This document shows, one piece after another, positions 51,124 to 64,000 of a DNA stretch of 64,000 nucleotides. The first letter of the stretch is position 1. Every line of letters begins with the position of its first letter. The position numbers and the translations under genes are program-made. The notes beneath the pieces are model-generated. The model saw nothing but the letters and a program-made list of their open reading frames with translations. It ran no database searches and had not been told where the DNA came from. This DNA comes from Piromyces finnis finn (lineage: Eukaryota > Fungi > Neocallimastigomycota): contig MCFH01000048.1 of the NCBI GenBank assembly GCA_002104945.1, forward strand, positions 248,001-312,000, in the 5' to 3' direction.

Positions 51124-51137
51124 TGAGACTCTTAATC
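51124..51137 (-). promoter_or_regulatory. Copia PBS (GATTAAGAGTCTCA), candidate tRNA-Lys(CTT) half-priming site
   Basis: Abuts the LTR, lacks TGG, and its reverse complement TGAGACTCTTAATC matches a tRNA-Lys(CTT) anticodon arm. Confidence 0.6.
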
Positions 51138-51797
51138 TGTTAAATATTATTTGACACTAACTTCAATGATTGTGATCTACTTCACAATTTTAATTATATC
51201 TTTATTATATTATAACAATAGAGTATATTAATTAATTGTATTAATTAATTACATTATATTTCAGTACATTTACATAATATAAATACATTATTTACTACAA
51301 TAATATTATATTATTACAAGCCACATATAATCATTTTATATTTAATTTCAATATGAACTTTATTTCTAACAGTTTATAGCTAAATAAGGACATAATTAAC
51401 CAACTAATATAAATTTATTATATGATGTAGTTGACTAGTTAATATATGATAAAAAATGTTACATGTAAAATATATTAAAAATTTATTAATTATAAATTAA
51501 AAATTTTTCTATTCAAATATTAAGAGATTATTCATAATATATATTAAGGATTTAATTAATATATGTTACAATGAATGATCCATATATTATGAATGAAATC
51601 AATTTAAATCCTTAGCTATCCAAAATCATTAAATTTCAAATAATGGATAGTGGGAAAAAGTACGAGGATTTTTGAGAAAAATTTTAAGAATTGAAAAATT
51701 AAAAATAAATTAAATGAATAAAAATTAAAATTAAATAAATTTTTATTTTTATAACTATTCAAGTGTTTTGTGATATCTTATTTGAACCGTAGCATTT

Positions 51798-54700
51798 TAT
51801 TACGAAGAAAATATTATCTTAATTCTATAAATGAATATAGAAAGTGATTTGTCATGAATAATGTACTATTAATTATTTAGACTCTTATAATAAAAATGAA
51901 TAAGTATAATTCACTAGATAATAATCTGAATATTACTATTAATTCCTACCTTAAATCTAATAATAATATTATTTATCTATCTAGTATTATCACTTATGCC
52001 TATTTTTTTATTATTATTTCTTATTATCTTTGTTTATATCCCCCTCTTTTAATATTTATTAATTCTCTTTTATTAAACACTCTTTGTTGTAATTAAGGTT
52101 TTTAGTCTTTTTAATTAATTTTATTTATAATTTTTATTTTAGTTATTTCTATAAGCATTATTAATTAAATCAATAATTGTTTGCTTATTAATTTATATAT
52201 TAAATTTTTATTAAACCTAAAATATTTAAAGTAGAATTATTATTAGTAAATTAAAAGGTTAAATTGAAATTCCTATGTTCTTGCATTTTTCTGAATCAGT
52301 CGTACCAGAAATGATAAATAATAATTATAAATATATTATAAATTTGATATTAGTAGAATACTTTATTATAAAAATAATTATTAAATAATTTTATATAGTT
52401 TATTATAAAAATATAATTTACATAAAATCAAATATTTTATAAATTTATATATTTGATTGGGTTAAATTATAAAAATAATTTTTATTATAAAGAATAATAA
52501 TAATTTTTAGTAGAAAATGAGAAGACTTAGATTACTAATAATAAGTTAAATTTTAATAATAGTTGATATAATTAATTAAATAATACATAATAATATTTAA
52601 AAGACAAAAATAAGTTTTTATATAATAAAATTTATTGTTAAAAAGAGTGTAAAAACAATAAATAAAAGAAAATATAAAAACGAAATTAAACTTGTCTAAT
52701 TTGTAATTATTGTGTTAATAATAAATAATATTTTATAGAGTAAATCTGGTGTTATTATTCTATATAAATATTATTAAAATAATAAAACTATTAAAATTAT
52801 AAAACAAATTAAATATATTAAATAAAACTAGTAGATATTGTTAAAGCTCGTACAATAACTGTCGAGATAAAACAATATAAGATAACAGAAGAAGTAGTTG
52901 AAAAGTTGCAATATAACTACCAATCCGTTATCATTTTTTGTAATAATTATTGTTATATATATTATATAATAATAATTATTATCTACAATTTAATAATAAT
53001 TAGTATTATTAAACTGAGAAGTTAAAAAAAAATTTTATATTTATCTGAAATAAGAGTTTATTATAAGGAAATATAATAAACAACACAAAACCTTAATGTT
53101 ATTTAATTTAAAATGTTTTATTAAGATTGTTTTTTAATAAAGGTTATTTATTATAATAGTTCTTATAATAATAACTCTGGATTTTTTAGTGGAATTCCAG
53201 AGTTCTTTTATTTATAATTTTTTAATAATTTAAAGTTTAATAAAGAATTTCTAATCTTAACAAATAATCTTTTTAGGAAAAGACTAGAAGAAAAACCTAA
53301 AAAGATATTCGATTGATAACTAATATATCAATCATCGTAATATTAAGTAAAACCGAATAAAATTCGGAAAAACCTTAATATCCGATTGTCTTAATATTTA
53401 GTTATATCTTCTAGTTGTTTCTATAAGTTATTTCAAGATACGATACATACACATAAATACAAACGTAAAATAAAATACCTGATGTTTCTTATAAAATGTA
53501 ATACAAAAATTATTAATTAATAAAATAAATGAATGTTTACTATTATTTTAAATAAATTACTAAATTAAATAAATAATTAATTAATATAATAATTAAATAA
53601 ATTTTAAATTAAGTAAATGAATAATTAATATTAATATAAATAAATATTTATAGTAATTTAAATGAATGTATGCTAATAATTTAAATAATTAATTAATTTA
53701 ATAATTAGAAAAATAATTAAATAAGAATTAATAATTATTAATAAATAATTATTAATTCTTACATTTTTGATACGCTACTCCCATAAAAACATAATAAAAA
53801 CTAGCTAAATAAACACGACTTAACCCATAGTAACTATAATAAAAATAAATGATAATAACCCTTAAAAATGAATGAATAATAATTTTATGAAAATATAACC
53901 CTTTTTTTTAAATAAATAATATTCTCTTTATTATATAATAAATCCTGAGTAAAAAACGACGTAATAGTGATAATAATAAAATAAATTATTAAATAAAATA
54001 AAACGACTTAACCCAATAATGTATTAAAATAAAATAATAATGAATAAATAAAAATGAATAAATAAACTAAAAACAAAATGGTATACATCAAATTATTAAT
54101 TCTAGTGTTTTATCCAAGTGTTCTTTAGAAATTCTTTTAAACTTATAAATTAATAAATAGCTAATTGAGTAATTATTACTAAAAATGATAAACTTAAAAC
54201 CTGGGAATAGAATAATAATAACAATCCTAAAGATAAAATACAGAACTCTTTTATGTTTCTGTATAAAATGTGTGCTTATAATAATTGATACTTTTAATAT
54301 TTTAATTTTGTCTTAATTTCATTTTAATTTCATTTTAATTTTATTTTAATATTATTTTAATTTTAAATTTTAATTATTTTATTCAAGGTATTATACATTT
54401 AATGATAGTCAATGATAATTTATAATAGTTTTTCTAAATTTAAACATTTTGAAGTAATAAGAAAATCAAATAAGTAATATTCTATAATATTTTATAATAC
54501 TAAGACATAATTTTAATTTATTCTTTTAATTTTAATAAATAATAACAATAGTAATAATAATATTTAATAGTTAAAAATAATAATACATGTAATAAATGAA
54601 AATGTATAAAAGGAAGATAAAATTCTTCTTTATAAAAATCAGACAATAAACAGATAATAAATAAATTATAAAATATAATAAAGATTTAATTTAAAACATA

Positions 54701-55372
54701 ATAAGAGTTTATTTTCGAGTTTTGAGTGATTTATTTGTTAATTATAAAACATATTTTATTTTATTTTAAATTTATTGTTTCATCATAATAATATAGAATT
54801 TATTATTTATTAAAAACATTATATTATTCACAAATATATCGGTCAACGCATCATTTTAATACGAAGAAAATATTATCTTAATTCTATAAATGAATATAGA
54901 AAGTGATAATATTTGTATCTAAAATTTAATAAATAAAAATAAATAAGAAAGTAAAAATAGAATAAATGATTTTTATACTTGTCCATTTGCAAGTCTTTGT
55001 TAGTTTAAAATATAAAATTATTTTATTTAATTATAAAGTTTTAATATTTAATAACTCTTGTATTATTAAATATATATATGTTATGGTTTAATACATCTTG
55101 AATGTATGTAAATATAATCACAACTATTATTTTAATAAAATTTAATATTATTATCTAATTTTACTGGATTATTAGGAACAATTTTAAAAAGAACATTTTC
55201 CTATTACTATTTATACAAAATTATTATTTTAAAGTATAACTATAAACAAATATAAACTATTTAATTTAAAAATAAATAAACAATTAAATAAACAAAAGTT
55301 TACATTTATAATTTATAATTTAATAATTTTATACAAATTAATTATTTTAATTTTTAACTATCTGTGTTTTAA

Positions 55373-55454
<82 letters not shown>

Positions 55455-56616
55455 TTATAATTTATAAATTTAATTATTTATCAATTTGATAAAGTGTAAA
55501 ATATAAATATTTAATTAAATTTTAAAAATGTAAAATATAAACAACTTTTGTTTATAAACAAACTTAAATGTAATTATTTATTATAAATAGAAATAGAAAA
55601 TATTATTTTTAAAGATTGTTATTAATTAGCCAGGAAAATTAGAATATTTTAATAATAAAATAATAAATTAATATATTTTTTTTATAATACATAGCGAGAT
55701 GTATTATACATTTATTTTAAATAAATAAACTAATATTATAAAACAAGATGTTTTTAAAACTTTAAATTATATTTAATAATTATATAAACTTGTAGAATGA
55801 GCAAGTAAAAATAAATCATTCAAATACACATAAATATACCACTTTCTAATTTTATTTAGAATTAAGGTATATTTAAACTTGTGTCATTTGTTGTGTAATA
55901 ATTCTACTATATGTTATTATATAATAGAATTATTAGCTACAACGTATTAATAAATTAATATTAATAAATTGAGAATAAAAGAAAAAATAAAATATCAGTA
56001 CTTATCTTTAGTGCGAGTTTATTATAAGAACGAAGTTGAAATAAATTTACACTTTAATTTAATATGTTTTATTATAATTAATTTTTTAATAAAATAAAAT
56101 TAAAAATACTTTATTATTATAATTTGTTTCTTATAATAATAACTCTTGATTTCTTAAAGAAAGAATCAAGAGTCTTATTTATATTATTTATTAAATTTAA
56201 AGTTAGATTAAAATTTTATCTAATCTTAAAAAATAAATATTTTGTTTAGGAAAAGATTAGAAGAAAAACCTAAACAAAATTCGATCAATATGTATAGAAT
56301 ATTGATCATCGTATATTTTAAGTAAAACCAATTATTTAATTTAAAAATAGGAAAAAAACCTTCAAATATCGATTCCTAAACATTAATTAAGTATTTTAAA
56401 ATAAATAAATAAATATAATTAATAAAAATATTAAAGTTAAATAAAAGTTATTAATTAAATAACTAATTAAATAAATATAATTAATAAAAATTAAATAAAG
56501 TAATTAATTAATGATTATTAATTATTAATTTAACTAAGAAATATTAATTATTATGTATTAAATAATTATTATGTATTAAGTGATTATTACGTATTAAATA
56601 ATTATTATTTCTTATA
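51798..56616. mobile_element. Stack of older solo LTRs: M stub 51798, P 51850-52307, X 52312-52933, E-like ~52939-53763, H 53768-54853, M 54857-55483, G 55487-55886, E 55892-56616
   Basis: Each unit is homologous to copies elsewhere in the window (P is seen only here). Most are separated by CA-(3-5 nt)-TG junctions. Confidence 0.7.
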
Positions 56617-56954
56617 ACAATGACACAAGTTTAAATATACCTTAATTCTAAATAAAATTAGAAAGTGGTATAATTGTGTGTAATTGAATGATTTATTTTT
56701 ACTTGCTCATTCTACAAGTTTATATAATTATTAAATATAATTTAAAGTTTTAAAAACATCTTGTTTTATAATATTAGTTTATTTATTTAAAATAAATGTA
56801 TAATACATCTCGCTATGTATTATAAAAAAAAATATATTAATTTATTATTTTATTATTAAAATATTCTAATTTTCCTGGCTAATCAATAACAGTTTTTAAA
56901 ATAATATTTTCTATTTCTATTTATAATAAATAATTAAATTTATAAATTATAAAT

Positions 56955-57207
<253 letters not shown>

Positions 57208-58013
57208 TTAAAATACAGATAAAAATTAAAATATTTAACATGTATAAAATTATTAAATTAAAAATTATAAATGTAAACTTTTGTTTATTTAATTGTTTAT
57301 TTATTTTTAAATTAAATAGTTTATATTTGTTTATAATTATACTTTAAAATAATAGTTTTGTATAAAATAGTAATAGAAAATGTTCTTTTTAAAATTGTTC
57401 CTAATAATCCAGTAAAATTAGATAATAATATTAAATTTTATTAAAATAATAGTTGTGATTATATTTACATACATTCAAGATGTATTAAACAATAACATAT
57501 ATATATTTAATAATACAAGAGTTATTAAATATTAAAACTTTATAATTAAATAAAATAATTTTATATTTTAAACTAACAAAGACTTGCAAATGAACAAGTA
57601 TAAAAATCATTTATTCTATTTTTATTTTCTTATTTATTTTTATTTATTAAATTTTAGATACAAATATTATCACTTTCTATATTCATTTATAGAATTAAGA
57701 TAATATTCTTATTGTATTAAAATGATAACGGATTGGTAGTTATATTACAACTTTTTAAACTACTTCTTCTGTTACCTTATATTGTTTTATCTCGACAGCT
57801 ATTATACGAGTTTTAACAATATCTACTTGTTTTATTAATTTATTTTATTTTACTTTATAATATTTATAGTTTTATTATTTAATAATATAAAAATGATGCG
57901 TTATAAAATAAAATATTATAATGCTTTTATTTATTTTGAGGTTGTGGTAATAAGGAATTATGCTGAAATAATATATTCCAGTTATTAATAATTATAAGAT
58001 ATAGTTATTTATT

Positions 58014-58051
<38 letters not shown>

Positions 58052-58554
58052 AACAAAATAAGCCTTTTATTATTATTAAATATTTATCTTTATTTATTAA
58101 AATATATTATAATTAGTATTTATTCATTTATTTATTATTAATAATACATTTTTAAATAATTATCTTCCTTATACAAATAAACTATTCATTCAATAATAAT
58201 ATTACTAACTAAAAATATTACTAAAATTCTTCTCACTTATTATTTTATTATATCTTATTACCTTTGGAACTTAATTATAAAATCAAGAACATCATTTTAA
58301 TTATTTAATTATTAATTATATTTATATTAGTACATAATCAATAAATTTATTTAAAAGTAAAAAAGGAAAAAAAAAAAAGGCAAAATAAGATAAAAAAAAA
58401 ATCAATTTCAAAAGATTAAATTTTTTTTTATTAATTTTATATTAATTAATTTCATTATTAATTAAAGTTATTATTAATTTATTATTATCTTAACCCTTAT
58501 GCGAATTGACCTAGAGTTTATGCCAAAAATAATATTTTCTGTTCGCCACACAAA

Positions 58555-59051
58555 TGACACACGTTCAAATATACCTTAATTCTAAATAAGCTTAGAAAGT
58601 GGTATATTTGTGTGTAATTGAATGATTTATTTTTACTTGCTCATTCTACAAGTTTATATAATTATTAAATATAATTTAAAGTTTTAAAAACACATCTTGT
58701 TTTATAATATTAGTTTATTTATTTAAAATAAATGTATAATACATCTCGCTATGTATTATAAAAAAAATATATATTAATTTATTATAATTTTAAAATATTC
58801 TAATTTTCCTGGCTAATTAGTAACAATCTTTAAAAATAATATTTTCTATTTCTATTTATAATAAATAATTACATTTAAGTTTGTTTATAAACAAAAGTTG
58901 TTTATATTTTACATTTTTAAAATTTAATTAAACATTTATATTTTATATTATTTTGATTATTTACTATTATTTTAATTTATATTAAGTTTATATAATCTTA
59001 AAATCAGCTATTCTATTAATTCATTATTTATAAATTTCATTCTTTATCACA
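58555..59051. mobile_element. Solo LTR family G
   Basis: Near-identical to 5400-5897; ends 13 bp upstream of tRNA-Ser. Confidence 0.85.
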
Positions 59052-59064
59052 AAAAAAAGTGTAA

Positions 59065-59146
59065 GTCACTTTGGCGGAGTGGTTAACGCGGTGGCCTGCT
59101 AAGCCATTTCCCTTTGGGAGCGCAGGTTCGAGTCCTGCAGGTGACG
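59065..59146 (+). tRNA. tRNA-Ser(GCT)
   Basis: Identical to 22578-22659, followed by aatttttt. Confidence 0.95.
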
Positions 59147-59594
59147 AATTTTTATGAACTTTTTAAAGTCGAATGATTATAAAATTTAAAAGGTTAGTTA
59201 GTTTGAACATTTTATTTTAAATATGTTTTTCTAATATTTTGTTATTAAATGGTATTTTTAAATTTCTTCTTTTCTTCACTTTTCCCCCTTCCTTTTATTT
59301 CTTATTTTATCAACAGTTCTGTATATTATTAAGAAAAAAAAAAAAAAAAAAAGAAAATACTACATCAAAAGTAATTAAAATAATTTAGAATAATCATTAT
59401 TAACATCATATTGGATTTTAGTATCATCCTATATTAACTAACCCCAGTTTTAAAAGACTTTTTTTTAGCTACATAAAATAAATCTATCATACAATTTTTT
59501 TTTTTTTTTAATGGCATCAAATATTTTTAAACTTTATTATTAATTTAATTAAAATATAATACATGTTAAAAAAAAAACAAAATTAAAAATAGGT

Positions 59595-59715
<121 letters not shown>

Positions 59716-60224
59716 GGTTTAAATAAACACAAATGAATAAAAATTGGATATAATGTATTCCAGTCATTATAATTGAAGCAAGAAAACCACTATTATACTA
59801 AAGAATAATAATTGTATTTAACTTCCAATCGGGACTCCGAGTCAAAAATCAAAAATATGATCTCCATTGATTACTCTAGCCCTCCTGGCCTGTCTTACTG
59901 TTTCTTCAGCATTGATGTTCTTAATTCATCAGACAAATGATATAGAATAACAATAATTTTAACAATTTTTAATTTTTTTAGACTAGGAAGAGAATACACT
60001 TTTTTCTTGTATTTATTTATTTAATTTGAGATATTACATTATATTAGGTGATAATACATATTGATATAATAAGTAATAATAAATAAAAATAATAAAATAT
60101 AAATCTAAAAAAAGAGATAAAAATTTAATTAAAATTTGCATAAAAGTTCAATGAACTCTGCAATTCGTATTGTGTGGGATTGATCCCTATCTAATAAATT
60201 AAATGAAATAAAAAAGAGAAGTAA

Positions 60225-60630
60225 CATCAGGTATGATAGTGTGATGTGTTGATGTACACTAAACTCTTCCATGAGCTCATAATGCTTTCATTCAAAGAAA
60301 TACTAACATTGAACCCTGTGTACGGAACATTAGGAATGCTCCTTTACCATATCGGTACGACGTTGGCGCTCTTAATTACGTTAGGTGTCTTACTAAACCT
60401 ATCAAAAAGTAGCTTCATTGAGCTACTAATGATGGGGATTGTTTTAGTAAGAAAAGCCGCGAGACCCTCTACCTATGAAACATGAGACCCCGATGAACTG
60501 TAAAGCTGTTCATTCAAAAGTCTTTGTTCCGCTTTATCAATTTGTAGCTCATCATAAGCTAAAGTTCCACCAAGAAGGAACATAAAAATATAGTTATAGA
60601 TTGTTTTTCTTACTTCCATTTCAGGGAGTA
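60225..60630 (-). pseudogene. Possible degenerate non-LTR RT-like fragment
   Basis: The minus frame, with two stops, reads ...IISSSMKLLFDRFSKTPNVIKSANVVPIW*, loosely like the LINE RT N-terminal motif LFN...WK.A.VVPIxK. The resemblance is weak. Confidence 0.25.
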
Positions 60631-60712
60631 TTTTTTTTTTTTTTTTTTTTTAACGGCATCAAATATTTTAAACTTTATTATTAATTTAATTAAAATTATA
60701 ATACATGTAATG
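60631..60712 (-). mobile_element. 82-bp poly(A)-tailed retroposed insertion
   Basis: T21 followed by ~60 bp, with TSD TTTCAGGGAGTA (60619-60630 / 60713-60724). A second copy of the same tail and 3' end lies at ~59495-59567. Confidence 0.8.
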
Positions 60713-61721
60713 TTTCAGGGAGTAAGTATGTGATGAATTGATTCTTATATTTATTGTAAAAAAGGGTAACAATTTTTAATGATTTAATTTGTATATGCTT
60801 TTTATATATTATTTTATATATAAATATATATATATATATTTTTTTTTATAAATTTTATTATTTTTTTATTCATATTATTTATACTAATTCTACTGATGAT
60901 GAGAAAATGCAATACATTGTAAAATATATAAAAAATTAAAATGAAAATTAAAACTTTTTTTTTTAAATGGATTCTATATTAATAGAAAAAAAAAAAAAAA
61001 AAAAGACAAAAGAAAAAATAAAATATATTAAAATGTTAAAAAAAAAAGAAACTTTTATAAGATTCTAAAGAAAATAAAAAAAATAAAAATTAAAAAATTA
61101 AAACATAAAATCAAGACTTATTCCTTTTTTTTTTTTTTTTTTTTTCTTATTCTATTTAAAATGATTTTTTTTACGCTTCGATTTCTTAATTATTAATTTT
61201 TCTATTTTTATATTTTTTTCTAATTAATTTATTTATTAAACTTTCTTTTATATATAGATGTTATTTATATATATATTTCAAGAAATATTACATACTATAT
61301 ATTTTTTTATTCTATTAAATATATATTTTTATTTTATTGGAAAAAAAAAAAGGTGATATAATATAAAGAAAATGGTAATATATAAATTATTATATAAAGA
61401 TAAAAGATAAAAGAATAACTAGAAAAAAAAAAAAGATTAATTAAAATAAAAAAGAAAATAATTAAATGACTTAAAATTTTAATGAACAAATTTTCTATTA
61501 ATATATCTTTTTCTTTCTTTTTTTTCTTTCTCTTCTTTTAACCTTGTTTTTGATTTTTTGTTTTTTGTTATTTTTTTTTGTTTTTATTTTTTTTTTTTAT
61601 TATTATTATTTTTAATTTCGGTTTATTTTCTTTTATTCTGGATATTAAATTTTGGAAGGATTTATCATTTTGATTAAAGGTGAAAAGATATTTCTATAGT
61701 TGGGTTATTAAAAAAAATTTC

Positions 61722-63238
61722 TTACATTAAACCACAATCTCTAAGGTTAGTTTGGATAATAATATCGTTTACAGCAGCCATAACGAACTTTATTTGAGTG
61801 GTATCAGTAGCACAAGTAAAGTGAGTATAGATTTGCTTTGGTTCAGTGTGGTTTAATGCTACAAAACGGTTAAGAATGTATTGACATGCACTATCGTAAT
61901 CATCACCACCAGTGTAATCTGGGAAGTATTTGCCCATTGGGGATTTTGAAAGCTTTTCTCTGAAAAGATCAATCTTGTTTAAGAAAAGAATAATAGAAGT
62001 CTTTACGAACCATCTAGAATTACAAATAGAGTCGAATAAAGTTAAAGCTTCTTGCATACGATTGACAGTTTCATCTTCAACTAATACTTGATCGTATTCA
62101 CTAATAGCAACCATAAATACAATAGCTGTAACGTTTTCGAAACAGTGAATCCACTTCTTACGTTCTGATCTTTGACCTCCAACATCAAACATACGGTAAG
62201 TTAAATCCTTAATATGGAAAGTGGTTTCAGTAATACCAGTAGTCTTAACACGAGATCTAAGAACATCTTGATCAGTTGGAACGTAGTTTGGATCTCTAAT
62301 TCTATCAAGGGATTCAAAGTAGTATTTAGCAGAATCATTAAGTTGATATTCTCTTGAACGTTCATAACAAGCTTGAACACCAGCATCAACCCATAATTCT
62401 TTTACAGCATCAGCGACTCTTGGTGGGAAAACTTCATCTTCAATTTGGTTTGGTAAATCCAATATAATTGCCATGTTTTCATTATTATTTGGGTATTGTA
62501 AAGAAATTCCCATATTTTGCATAGCTTCTAAAATAACTCTCATTGATTGTACAGTGTTTGAGAAAATAATTTCTCTGAATGCTATTTTTTCTTCTTCACT
62601 ATAACCATTATCGTGAATAAGCTTCATTTGCTTTAAGATAGTACTCTTACCAGATTCACCAGCACCTAGTATATGTTTTATATTATTTTAGTTTTTTTTT
62701 ATTACTATTATTTTAATAATTTAATAATTCATATTTTTATTTAATAGTGTATTTTTATAGCCGTTGTATTAATAATATCGCTTTTTTTTTCAATACTTTT
62801 TAGTATATTTATTCTTATTTATTATATTATATGCTTTTAATAATTTTTTAACCTTTATTGGAAAATAATTATATTTTCCATATTTTTTTGAGCTACATTG
62901 GTTTACTGTAAAAAAAACTACAGTATTTTTAGTATTATTCATTTTTTATTTCAATACCATCAAAGTTTATTATATTTTATTATATATTATTATATATTCT
63001 TTTTATATTCTTTATTCGACCTTTATTTTATCTTCGGAAAATTTTTTATCTTTTTTACCATTAAAAATTCTATTTTTTCTAAAAAGCATTTATTATAATT
63101 ATTAAAAATATAATTACCTAAAAGAAGCATTTTAACTTCACTTCTCATTCTCATCTTTTCTTGGTTAAGTTGGTTATCGATTTCATTGTTTCTCATTTTT
63201 CCCTCTTTATCTTCGGGACTACTCATACAACAACCCAT
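61722..63238 (-). CDS. fadA: Heterotrimeric G-protein alpha subunit, fungal group I (Gi-like; FadA/GNA-1 type), 354 aa; exons 63238-63118 and 62665-61722
   Basis: MGCCMS myristoylation/palmitoylation start. A GT-AG intron (63117-62666) restores GAGESGKST. Motifs DVGGQRSERKKW, FLNKID and TCATDT; C-terminal DCGLM. Confidence 0.93.
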
Positions 63239-64000
63239 CTTGATATATTTCTATTTATCTTTTTTTTATTATTATTGAAAAAATTGAAATAAAATGTATA
63301 TTAATATTTATAATAAAAATATTTATTTATTAATATGTATATATATTGTGAATTTTTTTTATTATTTATAGAGAGAAAAATACTTTCTAAAAAATATTCA
63401 TTTGTGAAATTATTTTATAATATTTTATCCATATTTATTATTATTATTTTTAATTTTTAATTTTTTTTATTTGCTATTTTACTTCCTATTGTTTTATTTT
63501 TTTTTGTTTTATTTACTATAATAATAATAATATTATTAATAATTAAATATCCTCTTTCGTACTACACTTTATTTGCTATAATTTTATTTTCTTGGAAAAA
63601 TATTGATGTTTTTTAAACTTTTGCTTTTTTTTTTTAATTGTTATGTTAATATTTTTTATGTCATATTTCTATATATCTATTTTTCGTTTTATTATTTTTA
63701 TTATTGAAATAAAAAATAAATATATTTACTTTAAAAAAAAAAAAACTATATAATATAAGGAGTTTTTGAGATTTTAATAGTAAGATTATTTAATTATTCC
63801 TCGTGTATCTTTTTTTTTGAACTTATTTCTATATAACTTCTTTTATTTTTTTTATTGTTTTATATAGAATAAAAGAAAAATATTTTTTCTTTAAAAAAAA
63901 TATTGAAAAAAATCAAAAAAAAAAAAATAATTTAAAAACTAAAAAAATAAAAATGTTAAAAAATAATCTTACTTTTAAAAATATCCTATTCTTACTAAAG

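Larger units (their letters stand above)
47215..51371 (-). mobile_element. 3'-truncated Ty1/copia element
   Basis: 5' LTR at 51138-51371 (TGTTAG...TTAACA, 234 bp). Domain order gag-PR-IN-RT; the RT is cut after GIDYKDTFSPTL. The left boundary is approximate. Confidence 0.9.

Noticed and set aside
59820-59940. Possible C/D snoRNA or snRNA (minus-strand TGATGA...CTGA)
   Set aside because: The boxes are only ~20 nt apart and there is no match to U1, U2, U4, U5 or U6 motifs that I recognise.
60246-60485. 79-aa hydrophobic plus-strand ORF
   Set aside because: It is short with no motif, and the opposite strand gives an equally weak RT-like reading, so neither is supported as a gene.
62898-63117. 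ORF 62898-63098 and the tail of ORF 63023-63238
   Set aside because: These are intronic sequence of the G-alpha gene; only 63118-63238 is exon.

Overview
Extremely AT-rich eukaryotic DNA. The base composition, spliced G-alpha gene and chromodomain retroelements suggest an anaerobic gut fungus (Neocallimastigomycota); this is inferred. Bases ~1-59,150 form a tRNA/LTR-retrotransposon island with 10 tRNA genes (Trp x2, Ser x2, Met, Gly x2, Thr x2, Arg; three are dimeric pairs). It also holds two nested chromodomain Ty3/gypsy elements, a truncated third gypsy fused to a broken Ty1/copia, and at least 35 solo LTRs from about 10 families (family letters are my labels). The arrangement is not random. 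Seven tRNA transcription units have an LTR terminus 12-16 bp upstream, four of them at exactly 13 bp. A second set of families (A, K, L, P) inserts 46-54 bp inside those proximal LTRs at 11 sites, which is 60-66 bp upstream of the tRNA where the distance can still be measured. Repeated insertion has built polarised head-to-tail LTR stacks between divergent tRNA genes. Three gypsy families carry the Tf1-type 11-nt self-priming signature. The copia appears to prime from a tRNA-Lys half and has a candidate +1 frameshift site. The right end contains two retroposition scars and a two-exon group I G-protein alpha gene. All alignments and counts were done by eye.
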